Assembly (NCBI GenBank): GCA_963843975.1
Contig: CAWJMG010000001.1
Location: 1,200,001 to 1,232,000 of the forward strand
DNA length: 32,000 bases
Direction of reading: 5' to 3'
From: an uncultured Actinomycetes bacterium
GTDB taxonomy: Bacteria > Actinomycetota > Actinomycetes > S36-B12 > CAIYMF01
Part shown: piece by piece, positions 7,267 to 17,854 of the stretch
How positions within the stretch are numbered: position 1 is the stretch's first letter
Layout of the letters: each line of letters starts with the position of its first letter
The notes under the pieces: generated by a model
Database searches by the model: none
Told to the model about the DNA's origin: nothing
What the model saw: the letters and a program-made list of their open reading frames with translations, nothing else
Translations under genes and position numbers: made by a program

Positions 7267-10200
7267 ATGCATCTGAAGGCCCTGGCCGCGTCCGTAGCCG
7301 CCGTGGCCCTCGCCGCCGCATCCGTGCTCACCAGCCCGGCGGTCGCATCCTCCGTCCCGACGAGCGACGACGCGCGCACCAGCCCGCTCGCCGGATCCGC
7401 GGCGTCGCCGACGACGTTGGCCGAGCTGACCGACCGGCTCGCCGGCCGCCAGACAGGTCCGCGCATCCCCCGCGTCCACCTGGTCGTCAGGACCACGAGC
7501 AGCGCCTCGGCTGCTTCCGTCCGTCGGGCTGCCCGCTCGCTCGGCCTCGCCGCAACCACGTCCGACGTCGAGAAGCTCGGGTACGTGACCGTGGAGAGCA
7601 CGGCCGCCCACGCCGACGCCGTGCGCCAGCGCCTGACGACGCTCGCCGGCGTCGTGTCGGTCAGCGAGGCGCAGCGATACGACCCGATGTGGACGCCCAC
7701 CGACCCGAAGTACTCGCTCCAGAGCGGGATGTACGACGCCCTCCAGGGCCCGGCCGCCTGGGCGGATGCGCGCGGCAACGGCGCCACCATCGCGATCCTC
7801 GACGGCGGCTTCCAGGCGTCGCACCCCGACCTGGCCGGCAAGGTCGTCGGCACGTGGGACGTCGTCGCCAGGAACACCGACGTCTCGGACGTCGCGGCGT
7901 CCCTGGCACCCGGCCACGGCACGGCCGTCGCGAGCGTCGCTGCAGCGGCCACCACCGACGTGCCCGGTGCAGGAGTCGGGATCGCCGGCGCGGCACCCGA
8001 GGCCAAGCTCCTCCTCGTCAGCGTGGGCGACGCTCTCGGCGACATCTACGACAGCGCGTCGGCCGCGGGCATCGTCTGGGCCACCGACCACGGCGCCGAC
8101 GTCATCAGCATGAGCTACGGCGCGAAGACGACCCTGCCCAGCGCGGCCGAGCAGCGTGCCACGCAGTACGCCGCCGACCGGGGGGTCATCCTCGTCGCGT
8201 CGGCCGGCAACACCCCGACCACGGCCACGATCTACCCCGCCGCCCACGCCGACGTGATCAGCGTCGGTGCGACCAATCTCGCCGGCACCGCGCAGACGAG
8301 CTGGTCGGCCTACGGCCTCAACGTCGCCGTCGGCGCTCCTGGCGAGGACGTGCCGGTCGCGTTCCCGCTCGCACTCGACACGTTCGACGGCGTCAAGGAC
8401 GGCTACACCCGGCTCGACGGCACCTCCTTCTCCGCGCCGATCGTGGCCGGGGAGGCAGCGCTCCTGCGGGCCGCGCATCCCCACGCCACCTGGCTCGCGC
8501 TCAAGAACGCGATCGAGGGCACCACCCGTCCGATCACGGCGCCGGCACACGGCGGCTTCCGCGACCTGCACGGGGTGGTGCAGTTCCGAGCAGCGCTCGA
8601 CGCCGTCCCCGCCGACACCGTGATCACGGGGACCCAGCCCTCCGGTCCCGGCCTGTTCGAGGTCGATGCCGCTTCGTCGTCGCAGTACGTCCGATTCGAG
8701 CTCGGAGGGATGGACCCGGTCACCATCTTCGTCGTCGGTGGCGTCGCGAGGGTGAACATCACCACGTGGGGCGAGGCCGGGATCACGGAGGTCGTGGCGA
8801 AGGGGTGCGACGCCGGCCGCTGCGCGCCTGAGGGCGACCGCACGCAGGTGACGATCTCCAACCCTGCACCGGTCATCGCCTATCCGGTCGACGGCTCCCT
8901 GCTCGGCGACGAGACATTCCCCCTCGGGGTGGTCGACCAGCCCGGACCGACAGCGATCAGATACGTCGCCGACGTGGGCACCCCGCAGGAGCACGTGCTG
9001 GAGCGGTACTTCGCCGACCCGGGCGAGATGTCGGACGGCGTGCATGAGATCACTGCGTTCTACTGCGACGGCTACGGCAGGATCTGCGACCTCGACCACC
9101 CGTCAGCACCGGTCACGGTCACGGTGTCGCGCCCCCGGGCCACCCTGGCGATCTCGTCCTCGCTGCCGTTCAGCCCGAACGGCGACGGCCGCAGGGACAC
9201 CGCGAGCTTCCCGTGGTCGATCGCCCAGGCGTCGACCGCTTCCATCGGCATCAAGAACGGCGACGTCTGGATCGCGGGGCCGTTCGACATCTCGACCGCC
9301 GGCCCCGCCCAGGGCGTGTGGACCTGGGACGGCCGCAACAACGACGGCGTCCGCCTCGGCGGGGGCTACTACACGGCATGGATCGAGCTCTCGGCCACCA
9401 TCGGCACACCGTCACGCGTGGCGACCGCCCGGCGTCAGGTGCCGGTGGAGATCGACACCACCCCCGTGAACTACGGGCGGCTCTACGCGACGCCGTCGAC
9501 CGTGTTCCCCGTCGTGGACGGCTACGGCGACTCGGTCCTGCTGGCGGCCAACGCCGACGACCCGATCGCCACCTGGACCGCGACCGTCTACGCCAGCACG
9601 GGTGCCAAGGTCCGGACGATCACAGGGGGGTTCACCACGTCACGGATGCTCGCGACGTTCAACGGCCGCACGGCGTCCGGGGCGCTCCTGCCCGCCGGGA
9701 GGTACTCGTACGCCATCGCCATGTACGACATGGCCGGCAACAGGACGCTCACGCCCAAGTCGCCGGTCACCGTCTCGTGGAAGAAGCTTCGACTGAAGAC
9801 GGCGTCGAAGAAGATCTCGGCCAAGTCCGCTGCCTCGGCCTACTACTACGACGGCGTGTGCAACGCGGTCTACGGGAGCGCCCGCCCCGGGGTGTGGCCG
9901 ACGTCGTCGCTCGCCTTCGTGAGCCGCAAGAAGTCCACCTGCTCGTCCTCGCCCCCCTACAACTACGCCATGACCAAGAACCGGTTCACGCTCCCCACCG
10001 CGATCCGGTACGGCACGGTCAAGGTGGCCGCGTACGGCGGCGGCAGCCCCTACGGCACCGGCCACAAGGACGACGTCGCCGAGCTCGACTACCTCAAGCG
10101 CGACGGCGACACCCCGGGGAAGTCGTTCGTGCTGTCGGCTCCCACGACCACCCACCCGGGGCCCGCTGTCCGGGCGGCGGAGTACCTGGTCGGCGGTCGC

Positions 10201-10290
10201 ACCATCATGTGGATGGCGGGCACGTCCAAGGGCAACTGGTGGGACGTCCGCGACTACACGATCACCTGGACCTACTACGCCCTCGGCTGA
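7267..10290 (+). CDS. Secreted S8 (subtilisin-like) serine peptidase, 1006 aa, with a propeptide-like region and a long beta-rich C-terminal extension containing FlgD-Ig-like repeats.
   Basis: Signal peptide MHLKALAASVAAVALAAASVLTSPAVA|SS. Catalytic Asp (ATIAILDGGF), His (PGHGTAVASV), Asn (ASAGN) and Ser (LDGTSFSAPIVAG). C-terminal motifs GVWTWDGRNNDGVRLGGGYYTAWIEL and FNGRTASGALLPAGRYSYAIAMYDMAGN. Confidence 0.9.
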   Translation: MHLKALAASVAAVALAAASVLTSPAVASSVPTSDDARTSPLAGSAASPTTLAELTDRLAGRQTGPRIPRVHLVVRTTSSASAASVRRAARSLGLAATTSDVEKLGYVTVESTAAHADAVRQRLTTLAGVVSVSEAQRYDPMWTPTDPKYSLQSGMYDALQGPAAWADARGNGATIAILDGGFQASHPDLAGKVVGTWDVVARNTDVSDVAASLAPGHGTAVASVAAAATTDVPGAGVGIAGAAPEAKLLLVSVGDALGDIYDSASAAGIVWATDHGADVISMSYGAKTTLPSAAEQRATQYAADRGVILVASAGNTPTTATIYPAAHADVISVGATNLAGTAQTSWSAYGLNVAVGAPGEDVPVAFPLALDTFDGVKDGYTRLDGTSFSAPIVAGEAALLRAAHPHATWLALKNAIEGTTRPITAPAHGGFRDLHGVVQFRAALDAVPADTVITGTQPSGPGLFEVDAASSSQYVRFELGGMDPVTIFVVGGVARVNITTWGEAGITEVVAKGCDAGRCAPEGDRTQVTISNPAPVIAYPVDGSLLGDETFPLGVVDQPGPTAIRYVADVGTPQEHVLERYFADPGEMSDGVHEITAFYCDGYGRICDLDHPSAPVTVTVSRPRATLAISSSLPFSPNGDGRRDTASFPWSIAQASTASIGIKNGDVWIAGPFDISTAGPAQGVWTWDGRNNDGVRLGGGYYTAWIELSATIGTPSRVATARRQVPVEIDTTPVNYGRLYATPSTVFPVVDGYGDSVLLAANADDPIATWTATVYASTGAKVRTITGGFTTSRMLATFNGRTASGALLPAGRYSYAIAMYDMAGNRTLTPKSPVTVSWKKLRLKTASKKISAKSAASAYYYDGVCNAVYGSARPGVWPTSSLAFVSRKKSTCSSSPPYNYAMTKNRFTLPTAIRYGTVKVAAYGGGSPYGTGHKDDVAELDYLKRDGDTPGKSFVLSAPTTTHPGPAVRAAEYLVGGRTIMWMAGTSKGNWWDVRDYTITWTYYALG

Positions 10291-10332
10291 CCGCGGTATC
10301 GCGGGCGTCATCCGTGAGTCGGACGACGACGT

Positions 10333-11958
10333 TCAAGCTCGCAGGTCGTCGTAGCGCGAGGCGACCTCGGCCTGCACGGCGTCGCCGTTCTCGCTGCCGG
10401 TGACCGCTGCCAGGAAGTGATCGCCCCGGATGACGAGCAGGCGCACGTCGGTCTCCGCGGTGATGGTGGCCGTGCGCGGGATCGAGCGCAGCAGTGCGAT
10501 CTCGCCGAAGTACTGTCCGGCCCCGAGCGTGCCCGGCTTGCGCACGCCGTCGATCGTGACCGCCACGTCGCCCGACGAGATCACGTAGAACTCGCGGCCC
10601 ACGGCGCCCTGCTGCACGAGCACCGTGCCGGCGGCGGCGTCCTCCCAATGGCTCGTGCGGGCAAGGCGCTCGACGTCGTACGGCGGCAGCACGGCGAGGA
10701 ACGGCACCTCGCGCAGCAGCTCCAGCTCGTTCGGCAGGTACTGCGCGCGGTGCTCCAGCTTGCGCACGAGCCCGATGCACGCGAGCGCGGCGACGGCGAA
10801 CCCGACGCCGAGCGGCACCCAGGCCAGCTGGGTCCCGACGGCGCCGATGAGCGCGGGTGCGAGCATCGCGCCGATCGCGGTGCCGAGCAGCGCCGTGCTC
10901 TCCTGCACGGCGAACACCCGCGCGAGGATCCGGTCGTCCGTCGCCCGCTGCAGCAGCGTCCGGCCGGCGACCACCGTGGCCGCTCCTCCGAACCCCGTGA
11001 GAGCCAACGTGACCGCGGCGGGGACGAGCAGCCCCCACACCGGCACCACGGCGAACGCCAGGCCCTCGAGCACCGCGCCGCCGACCACGATGCGGCCGAG
11101 GCGGCGGCCCTGCGACAACGAGGCTCCTGCGAAGGCGCCGACGAGGCCGCCGATGCCGAGCGAGCCGATGAGCAGGCCCGCGCCGCCCTCCGCGAGGCCG
11201 AGGACGTCGGCGGCGTACGCCACGCCGAGGATGTCGAGAGCACCGGTGAGGACGAAGTCGATCGCGAGGACGAGCAGCAGGGCGAGCGAGGCCCAGTCAC
11301 GCCAGAGCGCGATGAGCCCGCCGAGCGCGGCGCGCAGCTCGGACTCCTCGTCGTCCGAGGGCGGCGCCGCCTCGAGCCCGAGCCGAAGGCAGAGCAGCGC
11401 CGGGGCGAACGCGATCACCATGGCCACGGCCATCGCAGTGGTCGCACCTGCATCGGCCACGAGCAGACCAGCCACCACCGGGCCGACGAACCGAGCGGTG
11501 CCGTCGAGCACCGACGACAACGAGTTGGCCGAGACGAGCTGGGCCGGCGCGGAGGCGAGCTGCGGGAGCGCGGCGAAGTGGATCGGCCTCACGATGGCGA
11601 GCACGGTGGTGAGCGACGTCGAGGCGGCGATCACGACCACCGTCGAGGCCTCTGCGGCGAGCGCGCCCCAGGTGAGAACGGTGCAGATCACCACGAGGCC
11701 GTGGGACAGGACGAGCGCCGTACCCCGGGGCAGCCGGTCGCCGATGCCCGCGAGCGCCGGGCCGAGGAGGGCGGCAGGGATGAGCTGGACGACGGCCGCG
11801 ACGCCGGCGAGCGTCGCCCCGCCCCGGTCGAAGCACCAGAGCACCACGACCAGCCAGGCGAAGAACTCGATGAAGCCGTAGAGCGCGTACGCGGCGAGCA
11901 CCCGGCGCATGCCGGTCCGCGCGGTCAGGGCAGCGAACACGCTCGGCGCACCGCGCAT
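10333..11958 (-). CDS. MFS transporter fused to a C-terminal cyclic-nucleotide-binding (cNMP) domain.
   Basis: About 400 aa of polytopic hydrophobic MFS-like sequence, then LLREVPFLAVLPPYDVERLA...FYVISSGDVAV...GAGQYFGEIALLRSIPRTATITA (canonical FGE[IL]AL...R[ST]A phosphate-binding cassette). ATG at 11958 has GGAGGA 8 nt upstream. The track ORF extends to 12111. Confidence 0.85.
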   Translation of the reverse strand: MRGAPSVFAALTARTGMRRVLAAYALYGFIEFFAWLVVVLWCFDRGGATLAGVAAVVQLIPAALLGPALAGIGDRLPRGTALVLSHGLVVICTVLTWGALAAEASTVVVIAASTSLTTVLAIVRPIHFAALPQLASAPAQLVSANSLSSVLDGTARFVGPVVAGLLVADAGATTAMAVAMVIAFAPALLCLRLGLEAAPPSDDEESELRAALGGLIALWRDWASLALLLVLAIDFVLTGALDILGVAYAADVLGLAEGGAGLLIGSLGIGGLVGAFAGASLSQGRRLGRIVVGGAVLEGLAFAVVPVWGLLVPAAVTLALTGFGGAATVVAGRTLLQRATDDRILARVFAVQESTALLGTAIGAMLAPALIGAVGTQLAWVPLGVGFAVAALACIGLVRKLEHRAQYLPNELELLREVPFLAVLPPYDVERLARTSHWEDAAAGTVLVQQGAVGREFYVISSGDVAVTIDGVRKPGTLGAGQYFGEIALLRSIPRTATITAETDVRLLVIRGDHFLAAVTGSENGDAVQAEVASRYDDLRA

Positions 11959-12075
11959 CGTTCGCGTCCTCCACGTCCGGCTGCCGGCGTCCCGGGATGG
12001 TCGATGTGGGCGATCATCCCGTCGCCGCGGCTCCTCGGCCACCGGATCGGATGCACTGAGCCGCTGCACCCGCTC

Positions 12076-12121
12076 GTGACATGCATGTGACGGAATGCCG
12101 GAACCCGTCACGATCTGTCAC
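12076..12121. promoter_or_regulatory. Symmetric array of four GTGAC/GTCAC pentamers in the divergent intergenic region of the two MFS-cNMP genes.
   Basis: GTGAC (12076-12080), ATGCAT, GTGAC (12087-12091), a 15-nt spacer, GTCAC (12107-12111), GATCT, GTCAC (12117-12121). The left and right halves are reverse complements of each other. Confidence 0.3.
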
Positions 12122-12196
12122 CGGGGGCGCTAGCGTCCGGCCTGGTCGCGTCGCGCACGAGCGCGGCGCGGGGGTCTGTCGGGTGGAGGGCGACGC

Positions 12197-13927
12197 ATGT
12201 CGGTCGTGACCGAGGCGCTGCGGGAGACGGGCTCCTCGCTCGGGATGGTCTTCCGCAATCCGGCGCTCCGGAAGCTCAACCTGGCGTTCGCCGGCTCAGC
12301 GATCGGCGACTGGGCCTACGCGACGGCCATGGCCGTCTGGGTCTACTCCGTCGGCGGCCTGACCGCGGTGGGCATCTGGGGGACGATCCGCCTGGTCATC
12401 ATGACGCTGGTGACGCCGTTCGCGTCGATCCTCGTGGACCGCTACTCCCGCAAATGGATCATGGTGTCGACCGACCTGCTCCGCGGCACCGTCGTGTTCG
12501 TCTGCGCCCTCCTCATCATCGTCGAGGCGCCCGTCTGGACCGTGTTCGTGCTCGCGACCCTCACGTCGATCTTCGCCGCACCGTTCCGTCCGGCCGTTGC
12601 GGCTCTGCTCCCGCACCTGGTCGACCGCCCGGAGGAGCTCACCGCGGCGAACGGCACGTCGAGCACGATCGACAGCCTGTCGTTCTTCGTCGGCCCCGCG
12701 CTCGGCGGGCTCCTGCTGACCTTCACCACCGTCCCGGTCGTGATGTTCGTGAACGTCGTGAGCTTCCTGTGGTCGGCCGCACTGGTCGCCGGCATCCGCG
12801 TGCCGCACCCGACGACAGTGCCCGCCGTGGCCGGGGCCGAGAGCGACTCGACGGCGGCCACCGAGGTCTCGGCTGCCGAGACCGCGGGCGACACGCTGGT
12901 CGAGGAGGTCGAGGAGGAGAAGGAGACCTTCGTCCAGGAGTCGATTGCCGGGTTCAAGACCATCTGGAGCATCAGCGACCTGCGTCTCGTGTCGCTGGTC
13001 TACTGCGCGCAGACGATCGTGGCCGGCGCGTCGGTCGTGTACGGCATCGCGATGGCCGTGGAGATGACGAGCTTCGGCCCCAACGGCGTCGGCTACCTCG
13101 ACAGCATGTTCGGCGTCGGCGCGATCATCGGCGGCCTCGTCGCCCTCGGGCGGGCCTCGAAGATGAGGGTCGCCACCGACTTCGGCTGGGGCGTCATCCT
13201 CTGGGCGATCCCGCTGCTGCTCGCCGCGGTGTTCCCGCAGGCGTGGGCGGCGCTGCTCGCCGTCGCGATCATGGGCTTCGGCAACCCGCTGGTCGACGTC
13301 AACGCGATGACCATCGTGCAGCGCCTCGGCGACGACAAGGTCATGGGCCGCATCTTCGGTGCGCTCGAGACCGGCCTTATCGCCTCGATGGCGCTCGGCT
13401 CCGTGCTCATGCCGCTGCTCCTGCACCTGTTCGGCCTGCGGTGGGCGCTCGCCATCCTCGCGATCGGCATCTCCGCCGTCGTCCTCCCGTTCATGGGTCG
13501 CCTGCGCCGGATGAACGCGTCGCTGGGCGAGCCCGACGGCCTGCGGCTGCTGCGCGCGCTGCCGCTGTTCGCCCCGCTCGAGCCCAAGTCGCTCGAGCTC
13601 GTCGCCCAGCAGCTGGTGCGCCGCGAGGTCGCGGCCGGCGAGACCGTCATCACCGAGGGCGAGGCCGGCGACGTCTTCTACGTCGTCGAGTCCGGCGCCC
13701 TGACGGCGTCCTTCCGCGGCGAGGTGCTCTCGCACCAGGGCCCGGGCGACCCGTTCGGCGAGATCGCGCTGCTGCGCGACGTGCCGCGCACCGCGACGGT
13801 GGTGGCGGACGAGCCGACCGTGCTCTACAGCCTCGACCGCGACGCGTTCCTCGCCGCGGTGACCGGCAACAGCGAGGTCAGCGGCCAGGCCGACGACCTC
13901 ATCGCCCGCCGCATCCCGACGTACTGA
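12197..13927 (+). CDS. MFS transporter fused to a C-terminal cNMP-binding domain. Paralog of 10333..11958.
   Basis: MFS-like TM segments with an acidic central loop (..LVEEVEEEKETFVQES..), then LLRALPLFAPLEPKSLELVAQQL...FYVVESGAL...GPGDPFGEIALLRDVPRTATVVA. ATG at 12197 with GGAGGG upstream. Confidence 0.85.
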   Translation: MSVVTEALRETGSSLGMVFRNPALRKLNLAFAGSAIGDWAYATAMAVWVYSVGGLTAVGIWGTIRLVIMTLVTPFASILVDRYSRKWIMVSTDLLRGTVVFVCALLIIVEAPVWTVFVLATLTSIFAAPFRPAVAALLPHLVDRPEELTAANGTSSTIDSLSFFVGPALGGLLLTFTTVPVVMFVNVVSFLWSAALVAGIRVPHPTTVPAVAGAESDSTAATEVSAAETAGDTLVEEVEEEKETFVQESIAGFKTIWSISDLRLVSLVYCAQTIVAGASVVYGIAMAVEMTSFGPNGVGYLDSMFGVGAIIGGLVALGRASKMRVATDFGWGVILWAIPLLLAAVFPQAWAALLAVAIMGFGNPLVDVNAMTIVQRLGDDKVMGRIFGALETGLIASMALGSVLMPLLLHLFGLRWALAILAIGISAVVLPFMGRLRRMNASLGEPDGLRLLRALPLFAPLEPKSLELVAQQLVRREVAAGETVITEGEAGDVFYVVESGALTASFRGEVLSHQGPGDPFGEIALLRDVPRTATVVADEPTVLYSLDRDAFLAAVTGNSEVSGQADDLIARRIPTY

Positions 13928-13975
13928 CCGAGGGCTGCTCGGCGATCCACCGGCGCACGGCGGCTGCGCTGACGA

Positions 13976-14980
13976 TCAGCGGCGGCGCAGAGCCGTGCTG
14001 CCGCGGACGACCATGTCGAGCGGCAGCACGTCGTGCCGGGCGGGCGCGCTCGGGTCGTCGAGGCGCTCGAGCAGCAGGCGCGCCGCCCGCGCCCCGATCT
14101 CCTCGACCGGCTGCACGACGGTCGTGAGGTCGAGGTGCTCGCTCATCTCGTGGCCGTCGAAGCCGACGACGCTGACGTCACGGCCGGGCTCGAGACCGTG
14201 CGCACGCAGCGACCGCAGGGCGCCGAAGGCCATCTCGTCCGACATCGCGAAGACCGCCGACGGCGGGTTGGCGCGGGCGAGCAGCGTGGTCATCGCCCGC
14301 TCGCCGCCCTCGATGGTGAAGTGGCCGCACGCCTCGAGATCCGGGTCGATGGGCAGGCCCGCCTCCGTCATCGTGTCGCGATAGCCGATGAAGCGGTTGT
14401 CCTCGGGCCGGAACGGGGTCGGCCGCGGACGTCCCGAGATCAGCGCGATGCGCTCGTGACCGAGGTTGATGAGGTGCTGCACGGCCATGCGCGCGCCGGC
14501 GACGTCGTCGATGCCGATCGACGAGCAGCCGTCGTGGTCGGTGTCGATGAGGACGACCGGCTGCTCGAGGTCGAAGATCTCGCTGACACCCTCGGTCTCG
14601 GTCGGCAGCGAGATGACGAGGAAGCCGTCGACGCGGCGGCGCAGCTTGCGGTGCGCGGGCACGTGCCCGGTCTCGCCGGGGTCACCGATGCTCGAGAGCA
14701 GCAGGTCGAGCTCGGAGGCCTGCAGCACGCTCTCGATGCCCGACAGCACCCGGGCGAAGTACCAGCGGGCGATGTATGGCGTGATCACGGCGATGCTGCC
14801 TGCGCGGCCGGAGGCGAGGCGCGAGGCGGCCGGAGAGACGACGTAGTCGAGGCGCTCGGCGACCTGGCGGACCTTCTCCCGGGTCACGGGGTCGACGTTG
14901 GGCAGACCCCGCAGCGCCCGGGAGACCGTGGCGGTCGAGACGCCGGCCTCACGTGCGATGTCGCGGATGGTCATCGCCAT
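13976..14980 (-). CDS. LacI-family transcriptional regulator.
   Basis: N-terminal HTH MAMTIRDIAREAGVSTATVSRALRGLPNVDPVTREKVRQVAERLDY, followed by a periplasmic-binding-protein-like sugar-binding core. GGAGGAG lies upstream of the ATG at 14980. Confidence 0.9.
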   Translation of the reverse strand: MAMTIRDIAREAGVSTATVSRALRGLPNVDPVTREKVRQVAERLDYVVSPAASRLASGRAGSIAVITPYIARWYFARVLSGIESVLQASELDLLLSSIGDPGETGHVPAHRKLRRRVDGFLVISLPTETEGVSEIFDLEQPVVLIDTDHDGCSSIGIDDVAGARMAVQHLINLGHERIALISGRPRPTPFRPEDNRFIGYRDTMTEAGLPIDPDLEACGHFTIEGGERAMTTLLARANPPSAVFAMSDEMAFGALRSLRAHGLEPGRDVSVVGFDGHEMSEHLDLTTVVQPVEEIGARAARLLLERLDDPSAPARHDVLPLDMVVRGSTALRRR

Positions 14981-15044
14981 GCCGGTGCTCCTCCTGCTAC
15001 CCCGAGATCAAACGCCTTGAGAGTAGGGAGCCATGACACGTTTC

Positions 15045-15058
15045 TGCAAGCGTTTACG
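15045..15058. promoter_or_regulatory. LacI/cre-like operator candidate upstream of the LacI gene.
   Basis: TGCAAGCGTTTACG matches 12 of 14 positions of the generic TGWAANCGNTNWCA pattern. It lies 65 nt upstream of the LacI ATG. Related half-sites GTGCAACG occur at 15134-15141 and 15171-15178. Confidence 0.35.
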
Positions 15059-15264
15059 CACGCGGATCGGTGACGCGACCGGCAGCGCTTTCACACGTCG
15101 GGCCAGGGAAAGGACGCCCTGACCACTCATTCCGTGCAACGGCGTACGGCGCCGGACCGGGCCCTCGCCGGTGCAACGCTGAAAGCCGAGCCGCCCGTTA
15201 CACCCCTCATGCCACCCCGCGTCATGCTCGTTCTCGTGCGGTGCGAGCCGGCGCGGAACCGGAA

Positions 15265-16034
15265 TCAGGACGTCGGGGCCCAGGGGGCGGGACGGCGCTG
15301 CAGGAACGCGGTCATGCCCTCGCGGGCCTCATCGCTGGAGAAGAGGGACGCCGACAGCTCGGCGGTGAAGGCGAACGCAGCATCACGGTCCATCGACGGG
15401 ACGCGCCGCAGCAGCTCCTTGGTCCGGGCGAGGGCCTGCGGACCGCCGAGCAGCAGGGCGTCGACGTACGACCGGACGACGGCGTCGAACGCCTGCTCCT
15501 CGGCCACGGCCGTGACGAGGCCGGCCGCGCGCACGCGCTCGGCGCTCACGCGCTCGCCGGTGAGCAGCAGCTCCCGGGCGTCGTTCGGGTTCATGCGCGC
15601 GAGGCACACGACCGAGATGACCGCCGGTGCCACACCCACCCGCACCTCGCTGAAGGCGAACTTCGCCGTCTCCACCGCCACCGACAGATCGGACGCCGCG
15701 ACGAGCCCGTTGCCGCCGCCCGCGACGTGCCCTTGGACGCGCGCGACGATCGGCTTGGGGTGGTCGAGCATCGCCTCGAGCACCCGGACGAGAGCACCCG
15801 GACCCGACGCCGCGAAGCTGTCGGCGTCGGCGGCCGCAGCACCCGAGAGGTCGGCACCCGCGCAGAACGTGTTGCCCTCGCCGGTCAGCACGATCACGCG
15901 TACGGCGTCGTCCTCCGCGGCGGCCGCGAAGTGCGCCGGCAGCTCGGCGAGCATCGTCGCCGACAGCACGTTCTTCGTCTCGGGGCTCGCGAGGGTGATG
16001 GTCGCGACGCCGCCGTCGACCTCGTAGCGCACGG

Positions 16035-16038
<4 letters not shown>
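15265..16038 (-). CDS. Enoyl-CoA hydratase/isomerase (crotonase family), in the AtuE/LiuC-like position.
   Basis: MTVRYEVDGGVATITLASPETKNVLS...VIVLTGEGNTFCAGADL...ARVQGHVAGGGNGLVAASDL..A...KFAFSEVRVGV. The ATG at 16038 overlaps the upstream stop (ATGA). Confidence 0.9.
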
Positions 16039-17179
<1,141 letters not shown>

Positions 17180-17183
<4 letters not shown>

Positions 17184-17854
17184 GACTGCTCCCCTGCGTC
17201 GGTGCTCGCGCTGCTGTCGATGGTGAGCCCGAGACCGCGGGCCCAGAGCGTGCTGAGAGTGGCGACGGCCGTGGCGTCGTCGTACGACGCGGAGTCCTGC
17301 TCGCCGCGTCCGTACCAGTGCCGGCCGAAGCCCTCGACCATCGCGCACAGCGCGCTCGCGGCGATGGCGGGATTGACGTCGCCGGCGGCGACGCCGGTGC
17401 TCTGCAGCTTCTCGATCTCGCGCGTCACGCGCGCGACGTGGTCGCGGCGGATGCCGCTGAGCACCTCGCGGTAGCGCGGGTCGGTGCCGGCGACCTCCTC
17501 GACGACCTCGAGCATGCGCCCGTCGCGGCGGTAGGCCTCGAGGTAGCGGCGGTTGGCCTCGGCCATGCGGGCCATCGGGTCGCTGATCTCGTCGCCGACG
17601 GCGAGGGCGCGGTAGGCGTCGGTCACGATCGTGTCGACGAGACCGCGCAGCACCGCCTCCTTGTCGGTGAACCACGTGTACGCCGTGCCGTGGCTCACGC
17701 CCGCGACGATGCTGACGTCGCTCATGCGGGTCGCGGCGTACCCGCGGTCCTCGAAGAGGCTGCGCGCGGCGGCGAGCAGCTTCTCCCGCGTTCGGCGCCC
17801 CCGCTCGGTCAGCGGTGCCGTGCGCTCCACGACGGTGTCGGGGTCGGCGTTCAC
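17180..17854 (-). CDS. TetR-family transcriptional regulator embedded in the operon.
   Basis: VNADPDTVVERTAPLTERGRRTREKLLAAARSLFEDRGYAATRMSDVSIVAGVSHGTAYTWFTDKEAVL (TetR HTH). The GTG at 17854 overlaps the AtuA stop (GTGA). Its own stop overlaps the ACAD ATG. Confidence 0.85.

Noticed and set aside
7084-9099. 671-aa minus-strand ORF, plus several plus-strand ORFs of 100-555 aa, overlapping the S8 protease gene.
   Set aside because: These are off-frame or antisense to a gene with a clear signal peptide and catalytic triad. Their content is Arg/Pro/Gly-dominated and junk-like.
12076-12121. A canonical CRP/GlxR site (TGTGA-N6-TCACA) between the MFS-cNMP genes.
   Set aside because: The pentamers are present, but no pair has the N6 inverted spacing of a canonical CRP box. 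It is kept only as an unexplained symmetric array.
10417-13735. Long ORFs 10417..12090 (+), 10625..11881 (+) and 12296..13735 (-) overlapping the MFS-cNMP genes.
   Set aside because: They are antisense or off-frame shadows. They are highly charged (R/E/D/G), with no TM segments or domains, whereas the opposite strand encodes coherent MFS plus cNMP proteins.
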